A stretch of 32,000 nucleotides of DNA, taken from NCBI RefSeq assembly GCF_000011805.1, contig NC_006840.2, one strand, 5' to 3'. Under the pieces are notes generated by a model that searched no databases, was not told the DNA's origin, and was given only the letters and a program-made list of their open reading frames with translations. This stretch comes from Aliivibrio fischeri ES114 (lineage in GTDB: Bacteria; Pseudomonadota; Gammaproteobacteria; Enterobacterales; Vibrionaceae). A program made the translations under genes and the position numbers. Shown here piece by piece: positions 10,612-19,661 of this stretch (its first letter is position 1; each line of letters opens with the position of its first letter).

Positions 10612-10863
10612 ATGCAACTGGATACTTCTCGCGAAGCTAATTATCTTATTAAGTCTAATACTGGCATTTATACATTTAGATGGAATGTAAGAGCTGATAA
10701 TAAGCATTATCAACCAAAACTAAGCCTTCGTACACGTAATTATCTTAAAGCTTTACAATCCGCCTCTGAGCTTGCTTTGCGCATATCTGCAATTTCAAAC
10801 CCTTCTGTTGATGACGTTAAAGCTGTTTATTATGAGTTTTCAGGTAAGCAGAAGAGAGGCTAA
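10612..10863 (+). pseudogene. Truncated N-terminal part of a tyrosine recombinase/integrase (relic)
   Basis: YLIKSNTGIYTFRWNVRADNKHYQPKLSLRTRNYLKALQSASELALRIS resembles integrase N-termini; ends after ~83 aa with no catalytic domain; sits ~90 bp from the 3' end of a tRNA gene. Confidence 0.6.
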
Positions 10864-11177
10864 GATCTTTGTATCTATTGATATAGAAAGGCTTTTTCCT
10901 GACTTACCATTTAATGAATGCAATATATTTGCAACAATCCCGGAAAATCTAAAGATAACCTTAGAAATACATTACATAATTTTTGGGGAACTAATTTAAT
11001 TTGTGATCTGTCTCGATAATGGGTTTTGAAAGGCAATATCGTACCAAATATATAATTTTAGAACTATGTAAGGTGATGCAAAGAAATAACAAGGAATTTA
11101 AACGGAACTAAAACAATTGATTCCGTTTTACATGCTGATAAATAGCACACTCTATTTTGAACTGAAAAAGGATAATC

Positions 11178-12233
11178 ATGAATACTGTTAAATTTAAACA
11201 AAATGTTAAGTTTTTTACCCTACTGCTAAGTCTGTGTTTATTACTAAGTGGTTGCAGAAACAACTTGGTACCCTTTACGAAAGGACAGTCAGTTGATCAA
11301 TATGTTGATAGTCTAAGTTTTAGTGGCGCAGTTTTAATTGTTGATCAAGGGGAAATAGTATTGAGCAAAGGTGTTGGTTTAGTTGATCGCAAGGGAACTG
11401 AAACTATTAATGCAGATACTGTTTTCCGCTTAGGCTCTGTAAGTAAACAATTTACTGCCACTGCAATTTTGCTGTTACAGCAAAAAGGTTTATTGAATAT
11501 CGATGAGCCGGTTGCCACTTATTTACCTGATTTTCCACATGGGGATATCATCAGCATCAAAAATTTACTTCAACATACCTCTGGTATTCCTAATTATACT
11601 GAGTTCAAAAATTTTGGCGTGATAGCAACTCAATATCACAGCCCAGCTCAATTAGTTGCCATGTTTAAGGATTTACCGTTAGAGTTTACCCCCGGTACTC
11701 GTTTTAACTACTCTAATTCAGGTTATGTTTTGTTAGGTTATTTAATAGAGGTTGTCAGCGGCATAAGTTATGAAGAATTTATAACTACTGAAATATTCTC
11801 TCCGCTACTCATGACGCGTAGCGGCTATGGGGAAAATACTTTTGGCAACGATAATATTGCACATGGTTATACGTCATTCGGTGCACCTGCTTCCTCTATA
11901 GATATGTCTGTCCCTTATGCAGCAGGCGCACTCTCATCGACTTTAAACGACCTTTTCCGTTGGGATCACTCTTTTTATGAAAATGCTTTATTAACTAAAG
12001 CCAGTAAGGCGCTTCTTTATAGACCAGGCTTAAATAATTATGCGATGGGTTGGGCAGTGAGTACAGGTGATAATGGTCGGGTATATCATCACGGTGGTCT
12101 TATCCATGGCTTTTCCTCATTTATTGCCCGTTACCCTGAGGAACAGAGACTCATCGTCGTATTAGCAAATGAAGAGGGGTATGATGTTGCTGGCTTAGCA
12201 GACCAATTGAATAAACTGATAAATTCAAACTAA
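11178..12233 (+). CDS. Serine hydrolase, class C beta-lactamase-like/penicillin-binding family, predicted lipoprotein
   Basis: Lipobox LLLSGC; SxxK motif (SVSK) in FRLGSVSKQFTATAILLL; YSN in FNYSNSGYVLLGYLIE; HHGG near the C-terminus. Confidence 0.85.
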   Translation: MNTVKFKQNVKFFTLLLSLCLLLSGCRNNLVPFTKGQSVDQYVDSLSFSGAVLIVDQGEIVLSKGVGLVDRKGTETINADTVFRLGSVSKQFTATAILLLQQKGLLNIDEPVATYLPDFPHGDIISIKNLLQHTSGIPNYTEFKNFGVIATQYHSPAQLVAMFKDLPLEFTPGTRFNYSNSGYVLLGYLIEVVSGISYEEFITTEIFSPLLMTRSGYGENTFGNDNIAHGYTSFGAPASSIDMSVPYAAGALSSTLNDLFRWDHSFYENALLTKASKALLYRPGLNNYAMGWAVSTGDNGRVYHHGGLIHGFSSFIARYPEEQRLIVVLANEEGYDVAGLADQLNKLINSN

Positions 12234-12377
12234 TTCGCTTTTGGGTTTTAGTTTAGTGTTTAACACTAAAATTCAGTCAATTATCTAGTGTCTGTTTAAT
12301 TATATTGTTTCGTTTTCAATGAAATTCGTCAGTCAGCAGGTTCACTGGTTTTCACAAATAAGAGAGGTTGAGTCCTT

Positions 12378-12587
12378 TTGATTTGCGGCCGTAGGCGGCG
12401 CCTATTGTTCAATAGCATTTTTCAATGTCGATTTGCTATAGCAAACATGACGCTAGATACTCTATCTAGACTTTACTACTCTAAGAGACCTAATCAAAAG
12501 GAAATTCCCTTAGCTGAATTTAGTGATAGCACTGCCGATGATTACTTAAGAATCTTTGTTTTACTCTTAAGTGATTTTCTTGAGTAA
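12378..12587 (+). other. Short ORF of uncertain coding status, possible gene remnant
   Basis: 69 aa with no recognisable motif; the N-terminal part overlaps a GC-rich patch (GCGGCCGTAGGCGGCGCC) unlike its surroundings. Confidence 0.2.
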
Positions 12588-12687
12588 TAAATAGATCTCC
12601 TAATTAGCTACATTGGTATAAACCCTCTCTTGATCTGAAAAGTCACCTCTGACGTATAACATAGAGAACTTAAATATAGAGGTACAT

Positions 12688-13074
12688 ATGTATCAGTTAA
12701 CCGTTTTTTATGATGGAACTTGTCCATTGTGTGCAAAAGAGATGAGAGCGCTCAAACAGCAAGACAAAAACAATGTGATAAAAACCATTGATATTTATAG
12801 TGAAGTATTTTCTGAATACTCTAATATTGATCCAAAGGCTGCGAATACGGTTTTACATGCATTAAATCAGAAAGGTGAGCTGATTCTCGGGTTAGATGTA
12901 ACGTATCTCGCATGGAAACTAGTGGGTAAAGGTTGGCTTTATGCTCCTCTCAGATGGCCGGGAATTAAGGTGATCGCAGATTGGTGCTATCTACACTTTG
13001 CTAAAAATCGTTATCGAGTGTCCTATTGGTTAACGGGAGTATCTCGTTGCAATAAAACCAGTTGTTCAAAATAG
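12688..13074 (+). CDS. DUF393 / DCC family thiol-disulfide oxidoreductase-like protein
   Basis: LTVFYDGTCPLCAKEMRAL at the N-terminus, typical YDGxCPLC motif. Confidence 0.85.
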   Translation: MYQLTVFYDGTCPLCAKEMRALKQQDKNNVIKTIDIYSEVFSEYSNIDPKAANTVLHALNQKGELILGLDVTYLAWKLVGKGWLYAPLRWPGIKVIADWCYLHFAKNRYRVSYWLTGVSRCNKTSCSK

Positions 13075-13105
13075 ATTGTGATGTGACAGAGCTTTACGAG
13101 GAATC

Positions 13106-13816
13106 ATGATGAATATACTCATTGTTGGAGGAAACGGTGGTATAGGTTTTGCGATGATAAAAGAGTGCCTTACTCAGTATTTAGATGCTCATATCCATGC
13201 AACTTATCGTCGAACTAAACCACGGTTTCAGCATGAAAGAGTGAGCTGGTATCAAGTCGATGTTAGCCATGATGATGAAGTGAAATTATTCAGTGAATTA
13301 TTTGATGATATCGATTGGGTGATTAATTGTGCTGGTATGTTACATACATCAGATAAAGGGCCAGAGAAAAATTTAGGCGCATTAGATAGTGCTTATTTTC
13401 AGCAAATAATATTGGCAAATACATTACCAACGTTATTATTAGCCAAATATTTCACCCCAAAACTTAAAAGTACAAATCACCCTAAATTTGCCGTTATTTC
13501 TGCGAAAGTAGGCAGCATTTCAGACAATGAATTTGGGGGATGGTATAGCTATAGAGCATCAAAAGCAGCGTTAAATATGTTCATTAAAACCATGTCAATT
13601 GAATGGCGAAGAAGTATGAAAAATGGTGTGGTATTAGCTCTTCACCCGGGAACTACAGACACTGCATTGTCTAAGCCATTTCAAGCAAACGTTCCGCAAG
13701 ATAAATTATTTTCACCAGAAAAAGTAGCATGTGATCTTATTGGGTTGATGAAATCTAGTTCACCTCAAGATAGTGGTAAGTTTTTGGCTTATAATGGCGA
13801 AACTCTACCTTGGTAA
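13106..13816 (+). CDS. SDR family NAD(P)-dependent oxidoreductase (possible start also at 13109)
   Basis: ILIVGGNGGIGFAMIKECL cofactor motif, YRASKAALN (YxxxK) and HPGTTDTALSKPF. Confidence 0.87.
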   Translation: MMNILIVGGNGGIGFAMIKECLTQYLDAHIHATYRRTKPRFQHERVSWYQVDVSHDDEVKLFSELFDDIDWVINCAGMLHTSDKGPEKNLGALDSAYFQQIILANTLPTLLLAKYFTPKLKSTNHPKFAVISAKVGSISDNEFGGWYSYRASKAALNMFIKTMSIEWRRSMKNGVVLALHPGTTDTALSKPFQANVPQDKLFSPEKVACDLIGLMKSSSPQDSGKFLAYNGETLPW

Positions 13817-14021
13817 TAAATCAGTTACTTTGCAACAGATCGATACATCACCATGCTTTACTCAGTCTACGTTTACAGTGTTATATCTATGAGCTCTCAC
13901 CAACCAAAAGATTATTCTTTATTTAATTTCTATTTACCTATCAAGCTTCTTAATAACAGCGTAGGATTAGACTAACTTTAGCTAAAATCAGGCTTGCACT
14001 CCGGTGCTTTAAGATAAAATC

Positions 14022-15380
14022 ATGAAACTAACTGAAAAACCGCTGCTTAATAACGCCTTACTTATTTCTATTTGTACACCGCAATTTAAAGGTGAGGAAG
14101 CCAAACAATCCTTGGCTGAACTTGCTCGCTTGGTGACAACCTTAGGTTTTAAAGTTGTTGGAACGCAATCTCAAAAGCAAACCTCTACGCAAAAGATGAG
14201 TGTGCTAGGTGCTGGGAAATTGGCAGAGATCGCACACATCACAGGTAATCAAGGAGAGGGTACGGATGCCGATACCGAAGATTTCTTTGATGAAACTGAT
14301 TTTGATGATATTCCTTCAGAGAACTTACCGTTTGGTTGTGCTGATGTTGTTGTCTTTGATTGTGATTTAAGTCCATCTCAACTGCGTAATGTTGAGAATC
14401 AACTTGGTGTTCAGGTATACGATCGTACGGGTATTATCATTGAAATATTCAGCCGCCATGCTCGTACACGTACCGCTCGTCTTCAAGTTGAGATGGCTCG
14501 ACTGAATTATGTCGCCCCAAGATTGAGAGAATCTTCAATCGGTGACAGTGAACGCCAAATGGGTAAAGGTTCAGGTGAGACAAGTTTAGAGCTGGACCGT
14601 CGTAAAGTTCGTGATCAATTAGCTGAATTACGTCGAGAGTTAGACAGTGTTCAAGATGAACTGAAAGGTAGACGAGCTCAGCGTTCTGAACTGTTTTGTG
14701 TTGCTTTAGTGGGTTACACCAATGCTGGTAAATCTTCAATGATGCGTGCATTAACAGGCAGTGAAGTGCTTGTTGAAAATAAATTATTCGCAACGTTAGA
14801 TACAACAGTGCGTGCGCTGTATCCAGAAACTCAACCTCGAATTCTTGTTTCAGATACCGTAGGGTTCATAAAAAAATTACCCCATGATTTGGTCGCTTCT
14901 TTCCACTCAACGTTAGCAGAAGCGCACGATGCTTCATTATTACTGTATGTAGTAGATGCCTCAGATCCAACCTTTAGAACTCAACTTGATGTTGTTCATG
15001 AGGTACTTGGAGAAGTGGGTGTTGATGGCATTGATAAGTTATTAGTTTTAAATAAATCTGATCAACTGACTCCTGAGCAGCAACAAGCATTAATGGAAGA
15101 GTTTCCTGATGCGATGATGACATCAACTCGTAATCCACTTGATGTAGCCAAATTGCATCAATATATCGTTAACGCTTCAGAGAAAGGGATGATCGAAGAA
15201 GAACTCATTGTTCCTTATGATGCAAAAGGCATAATGGGAGAGATCCGCTCAAGCATGAGTGTCGTGAATGAAGAATATGATTACGATCATATGAAGTTGA
15301 CGGTACGCTCTAGTGCAATTGATTTAGCAAGATTAAAAAAGCTGATGTCGAATGTATTAAACGAAAATGATAGTGAGTGA
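14022..15380 (+). CDS. HflX-like GTPase (divergent paralogue)
   Basis: G1 VGYTNAGKSS, G3 DTVGFIKKLPHDLVASFHSTL, G4 NKSD; HflX N-domain VYDRTGIIIEIFSRHARTRTARLQVEMARLNY. Confidence 0.88.
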   Translation: MKLTEKPLLNNALLISICTPQFKGEEAKQSLAELARLVTTLGFKVVGTQSQKQTSTQKMSVLGAGKLAEIAHITGNQGEGTDADTEDFFDETDFDDIPSENLPFGCADVVVFDCDLSPSQLRNVENQLGVQVYDRTGIIIEIFSRHARTRTARLQVEMARLNYVAPRLRESSIGDSERQMGKGSGETSLELDRRKVRDQLAELRRELDSVQDELKGRRAQRSELFCVALVGYTNAGKSSMMRALTGSEVLVENKLFATLDTTVRALYPETQPRILVSDTVGFIKKLPHDLVASFHSTLAEAHDASLLLYVVDASDPTFRTQLDVVHEVLGEVGVDGIDKLLVLNKSDQLTPEQQQALMEEFPDAMMTSTRNPLDVAKLHQYIVNASEKGMIEEELIVPYDAKGIMGEIRSSMSVVNEEYDYDHMKLTVRSSAIDLARLKKLMSNVLNENDSE

Positions 15381-15419
15381 TCACATAGTAAATAGAGTGA
15401 TACATGCCTATTTAAGTTA

Positions 15420-15446
15420 AGCCTTAGCAGAAATGTTGAGGCTTTT
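15420..15446 (+). terminator. Rho-independent terminator after the hflX-like gene
   Basis: AGCCTTAGCA-GAAA-TGTTGAGGCT followed by TTTT; near-duplicate of the tRNA-Ser terminator. Confidence 0.82.
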
Positions 15447-15556
15447 TCGTATTTATATTGTCATGAATTTACTGTTTGATGATTAAATACTTATTTTGTT
15501 CAAATGCTAGAGCTGATAATGTTAGGAGGTATTTAGTTTATTTGAGGCCTGTCTTT

Positions 15557-16102
15557 ATGTTGTCAGAATGGCAAAATCACAAAGCGCAATTACGTAATTA
15601 TGTTTACAAACGAGTGGATGATGCGAGTGCGGTAGATGACATTCTTCAAGATGTGTACATAAAAGCCAGTAGCAATTTGCATCAGCTAAAATCCAAAGGC
15701 AGCTTGAAAGGGTGGTTATACAAAATAGCCTATAACACCATCATGGATTTTTACCGTGATAAGCTACCTTATGATGAGTTACCGGAAGATTTAGTCGCAG
15801 AAGATGAAGATGCTGTAGAGGAGTCTCGGAAAGAAATTGCAGAGTGTATGCGCCCGTTAATCGATGAGCTTCCTGATAAATACAGTGTTCCTCTTCGTTT
15901 AGCGGAATTAGACGGTATTCCTCAGCAAGAAATTGCAGATAAATTAGGATTATCATTGTCGGGAGCTAAAAGTCGAATTCAGCGCGGGAGAGTTAAGTTT
16001 CGCGAAAATCTTATGACTTGTTGTGATTTTGAAATTAATGATGGGGGAATGGTTACAGGTTATACCCCTAAGAAAACTAACTGCTCTTCACCTAAGAGAT
16101 AA
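15557..16102 (+). CDS. sigZ: SigZ-like ECF RNA polymerase sigma factor
   Basis: Sigma70 region 2 (DDILQDVYIKASSNLHQLKSKGSLKGWLYKIAYNTIMDFYR) and region 4 (LAELDGIPQQEIADKLGLSLSGAKSRIQRGR); Cys-rich C-terminal tail; ATG 15557 preferred over upstream 15476. Confidence 0.82.
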   Translation: MLSEWQNHKAQLRNYVYKRVDDASAVDDILQDVYIKASSNLHQLKSKGSLKGWLYKIAYNTIMDFYRDKLPYDELPEDLVAEDEDAVEESRKEIAECMRPLIDELPDKYSVPLRLAELDGIPQQEIADKLGLSLSGAKSRIQRGRVKFRENLMTCCDFEINDGGMVTGYTPKKTNCSSPKR

Positions 16103-16126
16103 TCTTACTCTCTTTTTTTCAACTGG

Positions 16127-16153
16127 ACGGTAAATAAACGCATTATTTACCGT
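16127..16153. promoter_or_regulatory. Perfect 11-bp inverted repeat between sigZ and the gshA-like operon (operator, attenuator or weak terminator)
   Basis: ACGGTAAATAA-acgca-TTATTTACCGT, no clean U-tract immediately downstream on the + strand. Confidence 0.55.
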
Positions 16154-16258
16154 TTGTCTAATTACTTTATCTTTTTTCATTTTATTGAAATTTTTTTGCG
16201 TCTTTTTCTTTATCTGTTCGTCTTCAAGTTGTTAGAAACATTTTTATGAAGAACATAA

Positions 16259-17857
16259 ATGAAAAATACAGATGTGAAATACTTAGAACCTCATATTCTT
16301 TCTTTTTTAAACAATGAACATGCCATGAATACACTGCATGACATTCGACGTGGAATTGAAAGAGAATTGATCCGTACGACGCCTGAAAGCCGCATTTCAA
16401 ACTTACCTCATCCAGAAGAGTTAGGCTCTGCTTTAACGCACCCTTACATCACAACTGATTTTGCGGAAGCACAATTAGAGTTGGTGACTCCTGCAATGAC
16501 GGAAAGAAAGACGACGTTTGATTCGTTAGCTTCTTTACATCATTTTGTCGCTACTCGTCTGCCTGACAATGAAATCATGTGGGGAGCAAGTATGCCACCT
16601 GAGCTGCCAAGTGATGATGAGATTAAGATCGCAGCGTATGGAACATCAAATGCTGGATTACATAAGGTACGTTACCGTGAAGGATTGGCGAATCGTTATG
16701 GAAAAAGAATGCAACTAATTTCAGGTATTCATTATAATTTTTCATTACCAGATTCTTTTTGGGAAATCTTACATTCACATATTGGTAGTGAATTACTCTT
16801 AAATGATTTCATTTCAGAACGTTATTTTCATTTGATTCGTAATGTCCTACGTAATGGTTGGATTATTCCATATTTATTTGGTGCATCACCTGCGGTAGAT
16901 AAAAGTTATTTAATCAATCAAGAACACGCTTTAAATCTTCTTGATGACGAGACTTATTATTTGCCATGGGCGACATCTTTACGCTTGAGTAACATGGGAT
17001 ATAGCAGTAATGAGCAATCTTTTTATCCAACAAGCTTTAATAGTAAGCAAGAGTATTTGGCTGATTTATGTCACGCATTAACGACACCAAGTGAACGCTA
17101 TACTCATTTAAATGGAGATCAGCAACTGAATGCATCGGTCTTACAATTAGAAAATGAGCTATACGGTTCTATAAGGCCTAAAATCGTTAGTGATCAATTA
17201 CGTCCTTTGTATGCGATGTGTCATCACGGTATTCAATATATTGAACTACGTAGTCTAGATAACAATCCACTATTACCATTAGGTATCAGTGAAGATCAAA
17301 GCTATTTTTTAGATGCTTTTCTCACATATAACGCCTTAGCACCAAGCCCTGAATTAACAGATTCTGAACGAGAGTTAATTGCTCGTCGTCAAGAGTTAGT
17401 GGCAACAGAAGGGAGAAAAGAAGGGCTATTATTACCAACGCTACAAGGTGATAGAGAGCTTAAAGAGCTTGGCTTGACTTTATTATCATCAATGATGCCA
17501 GTTGCGTCATGGTTAGATAATGTGTTTGCTACAGAAGGACATAAACAAGGCATTGAGCGTGAGCAGGTTAAGTTTGTAGATAGTAATTTAACGCCATCAG
17601 CGCAAATATTAACAATAATGAAAGATGAAAAACTGTCATATAAACACGTAACACAAAAATTATCTGAAATGCATTTTAAACAGCATAAAGATGTCGAAAT
17701 TAATGAAGAAGAAATGGTAGGTTTATCCCGATTAGTTGGCGAGTCTTTAGCTAAACAGCAAAGAATGGAGACGTTACAAGATATGAGTTTTGATGAATTT
17801 ATTCAGAAAAAAAACGATTTGCAGTGTGATTGTGAGATAGAAGAGGTCGTAGCGTAA
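16259..17857 (+). CDS. gshA: Proteobacterial-type glutamate--cysteine ligase (GshA-like)
   Basis: IRRGIERELIRTTPE, GSALTHPYITTDFAEAQLELVTP, IKIAAYGTSNAGLHKVRYREGLANRYGKRMQLISGIHYNFSLP, QLENELYGSIRPK: co-linear with E. coli GshA. Confidence 0.92.
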   Translation: MKNTDVKYLEPHILSFLNNEHAMNTLHDIRRGIERELIRTTPESRISNLPHPEELGSALTHPYITTDFAEAQLELVTPAMTERKTTFDSLASLHHFVATRLPDNEIMWGASMPPELPSDDEIKIAAYGTSNAGLHKVRYREGLANRYGKRMQLISGIHYNFSLPDSFWEILHSHIGSELLLNDFISERYFHLIRNVLRNGWIIPYLFGASPAVDKSYLINQEHALNLLDDETYYLPWATSLRLSNMGYSSNEQSFYPTSFNSKQEYLADLCHALTTPSERYTHLNGDQQLNASVLQLENELYGSIRPKIVSDQLRPLYAMCHHGIQYIELRSLDNNPLLPLGISEDQSYFLDAFLTYNALAPSPELTDSERELIARRQELVATEGRKEGLLLPTLQGDRELKELGLTLLSSMMPVASWLDNVFATEGHKQGIEREQVKFVDSNLTPSAQILTIMKDEKLSYKHVTQKLSEMHFKQHKDVEINEEEMVGLSRLVGESLAKQQRMETLQDMSFDEFIQKKNDLQCDCEIEEVVA

Positions 17858-17861
17858 TTTA

Positions 17862-19661
17862 ATGAATATTTTGTGGAAATTGCGCGGTTACATCAAGATG
17901 TTTTCACGCCAGTACATTATCGCCATCATTGCATTGCAAGTGGTGGCTTTATTAAGTTTGGTACCTTCTTGGTTGATTGGCCGCATTGTTGATAGCGTCA
18001 GTAGTAATGAGCTTACAGTACCATATTTGTTAGTCCACATTGGTGGTATTGTCATTTCAGCGATTGCTATGTATGGCTTACGTTATGTATGGCAAAGTCA
18101 GTTATACGGTGCTTCGATTGCTATTGCGAAAGTACTACGTCGAGATTTATTTAGAAAGTTTTCAATGCTGTCACCGTCGTTTTATTCTCGTCGCAGTACG
18201 GGCGATTTAATGGCTCATGCAACGAATGATTTGAATGCAGTTGAAGAAGCGACAGGTATGGGGATCATGACTTTAGTTGATTCCTTTATTGCTGGCTTAA
18301 CTGTAATTTTCGGAATGATTTTTATCGTAAGTGGTGAGCTTACTGCAGTGGCATTATTGCCATTTCCATTTTTGGTTTATATCACTAAGCATTATGGTAT
18401 TAATTTACATAAAACATTTGGTCGTGCACAAGCCAGTTTTGCTCATTTAAATGAAGAAGCTCGTGAAACTGTTTCGGGGATTCGTGCGGTTCGTTCTCAT
18501 GGAATTGGGCAACGTCAAGAGCTACGTTTTGGTAAAACACTGGATGAAACTCTGGAAGCTAATTTAGCTGTTGCAAAAGTGGATGCCGCATTCGCACCGA
18601 CAATTCAACTTATTTACGGCTTATCGTTTGTTATTTCATTGGCTTATGGTGCGTGGTTAATTAACCATGATCAGATTTCAGTGGGGTTATTTACGACGTT
18701 TACGTTATATCTTGGCCAATTGTTAGGACCATTTTTACAATTTGGCTGGCAATTTAATGTTTTCCAACGAGGTAGTACGTCATGGAAACGTTTAGATGCA
18801 CTTTTTTCAGAAAAAGAAGAAGTGGTTGAAGGTAGTGTTACATTACCTTCCGATGCGAAAGCGTCATTGGATATCAATATAACTTCATTTTCTTATCAAA
18901 ATACGAACCGACGGGCACTTGAAAGAATAAATATGACGGTTGATGAAGGTGGATTTATAGGTATTACAGGGCCAACTGGTAGCGGAAAAAGTACCTTGTT
19001 GCATTTGATTCTAAGACAGTTTGAGTTAGAACATTCATCAAACATAAGTATTGATAGTTATCCAGTGCAATCATTAACTTTTCATTCTTTGCGTAGCAAG
19101 ATTGCATGGGTTCCGCAAAAGCCGTTCTTATTTTCAGGGTCCATTGCTGAAAATATCGCATTAGCTAAACCAGAGGCCACGGAAGCGCAAATCCAATACG
19201 TGGCAGAAATGGCAGGAATTAAAAACGAAATTGATACCATGCCTGACGGGTTTAATACTGAGTTACGAGAAGGTGGTGGAAACCTTTCTGGTGGACAGCG
19301 CCAAAGGTTAACGCTTGCAAGAGCCTTATTATCTGATGCGGATATTTTGCTGTTAGATGATCCGTTCAGTGCATTAGATATTAAAACTGAAGTGATTATT
19401 CGTCGAAATTTAAAAGAAAATTACAACCATAAAACCATTTTGTTAGTAACACAACGTTTACCTAATTTAATCGAAGCTGATCGAATTTTTGTATTAAATG
19501 AAGGGCAAATTGAAGAGCAAGGGTCACATCATGACTTACTGGCTAATCAAGGTTGGTATTCGATGGTTTACCAGAGACAAAGTCAACTAAACACCGTTAT
19601 TGGAGAGATCTCAATTCCTAATGGTACAGAGATGAAGAAACTAGGAGATCATAATGAGTAA
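17862..19661 (+). CDS. MdlA-like ABC transporter, fused TMD-NBD half with degenerate catalytic site
   Basis: Type I exporter fold; Walker A GPTGSGKST; signature NLSGGQRQRL; Walker B ILLLDDPFSALD; H-loop replaced (LLVTQRLPNL). N-terminal region aligns with MdlA (LVPSWLIGRIVDSV, FYSRRSTGDLMAHATNDLNAVEEATGMGIMTLVDS). Confidence 0.9.
   Translation: MNILWKLRGYIKMFSRQYIIAIIALQVVALLSLVPSWLIGRIVDSVSSNELTVPYLLVHIGGIVISAIAMYGLRYVWQSQLYGASIAIAKVLRRDLFRKFSMLSPSFYSRRSTGDLMAHATNDLNAVEEATGMGIMTLVDSFIAGLTVIFGMIFIVSGELTAVALLPFPFLVYITKHYGINLHKTFGRAQASFAHLNEEARETVSGIRAVRSHGIGQRQELRFGKTLDETLEANLAVAKVDAAFAPTIQLIYGLSFVISLAYGAWLINHDQISVGLFTTFTLYLGQLLGPFLQFGWQFNVFQRGSTSWKRLDALFSEKEEVVEGSVTLPSDAKASLDINITSFSYQNTNRRALERINMTVDEGGFIGITGPTGSGKSTLLHLILRQFELEHSSNISIDSYPVQSLTFHSLRSKIAWVPQKPFLFSGSIAENIALAKPEATEAQIQYVAEMAGIKNEIDTMPDGFNTELREGGGNLSGGQRQRLTLARALLSDADILLLDDPFSALDIKTEVIIRRNLKENYNHKTILLVTQRLPNLIEADRIFVLNEGQIEEQGSHHDLLANQGWYSMVYQRQSQLNTVIGEISIPNGTEMKKLGDHNE

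Noticed and set aside
10772-10999. 75-aa ORF overlapping the integrase relic
   Set aside because: Different frame, no recognisable motif; could reflect a frameshifted continuation but I cannot support that from the sequence.
14449-14805. Antisense ORF inside the hflX-like gene
   Set aside because: Fully covered by a strong GTPase coding frame; no start context or motif.
18671-19161. Antisense ORFs inside the MdlA-like gene
   Set aside because: Shadow ORFs opposite conserved ABC transporter motifs.
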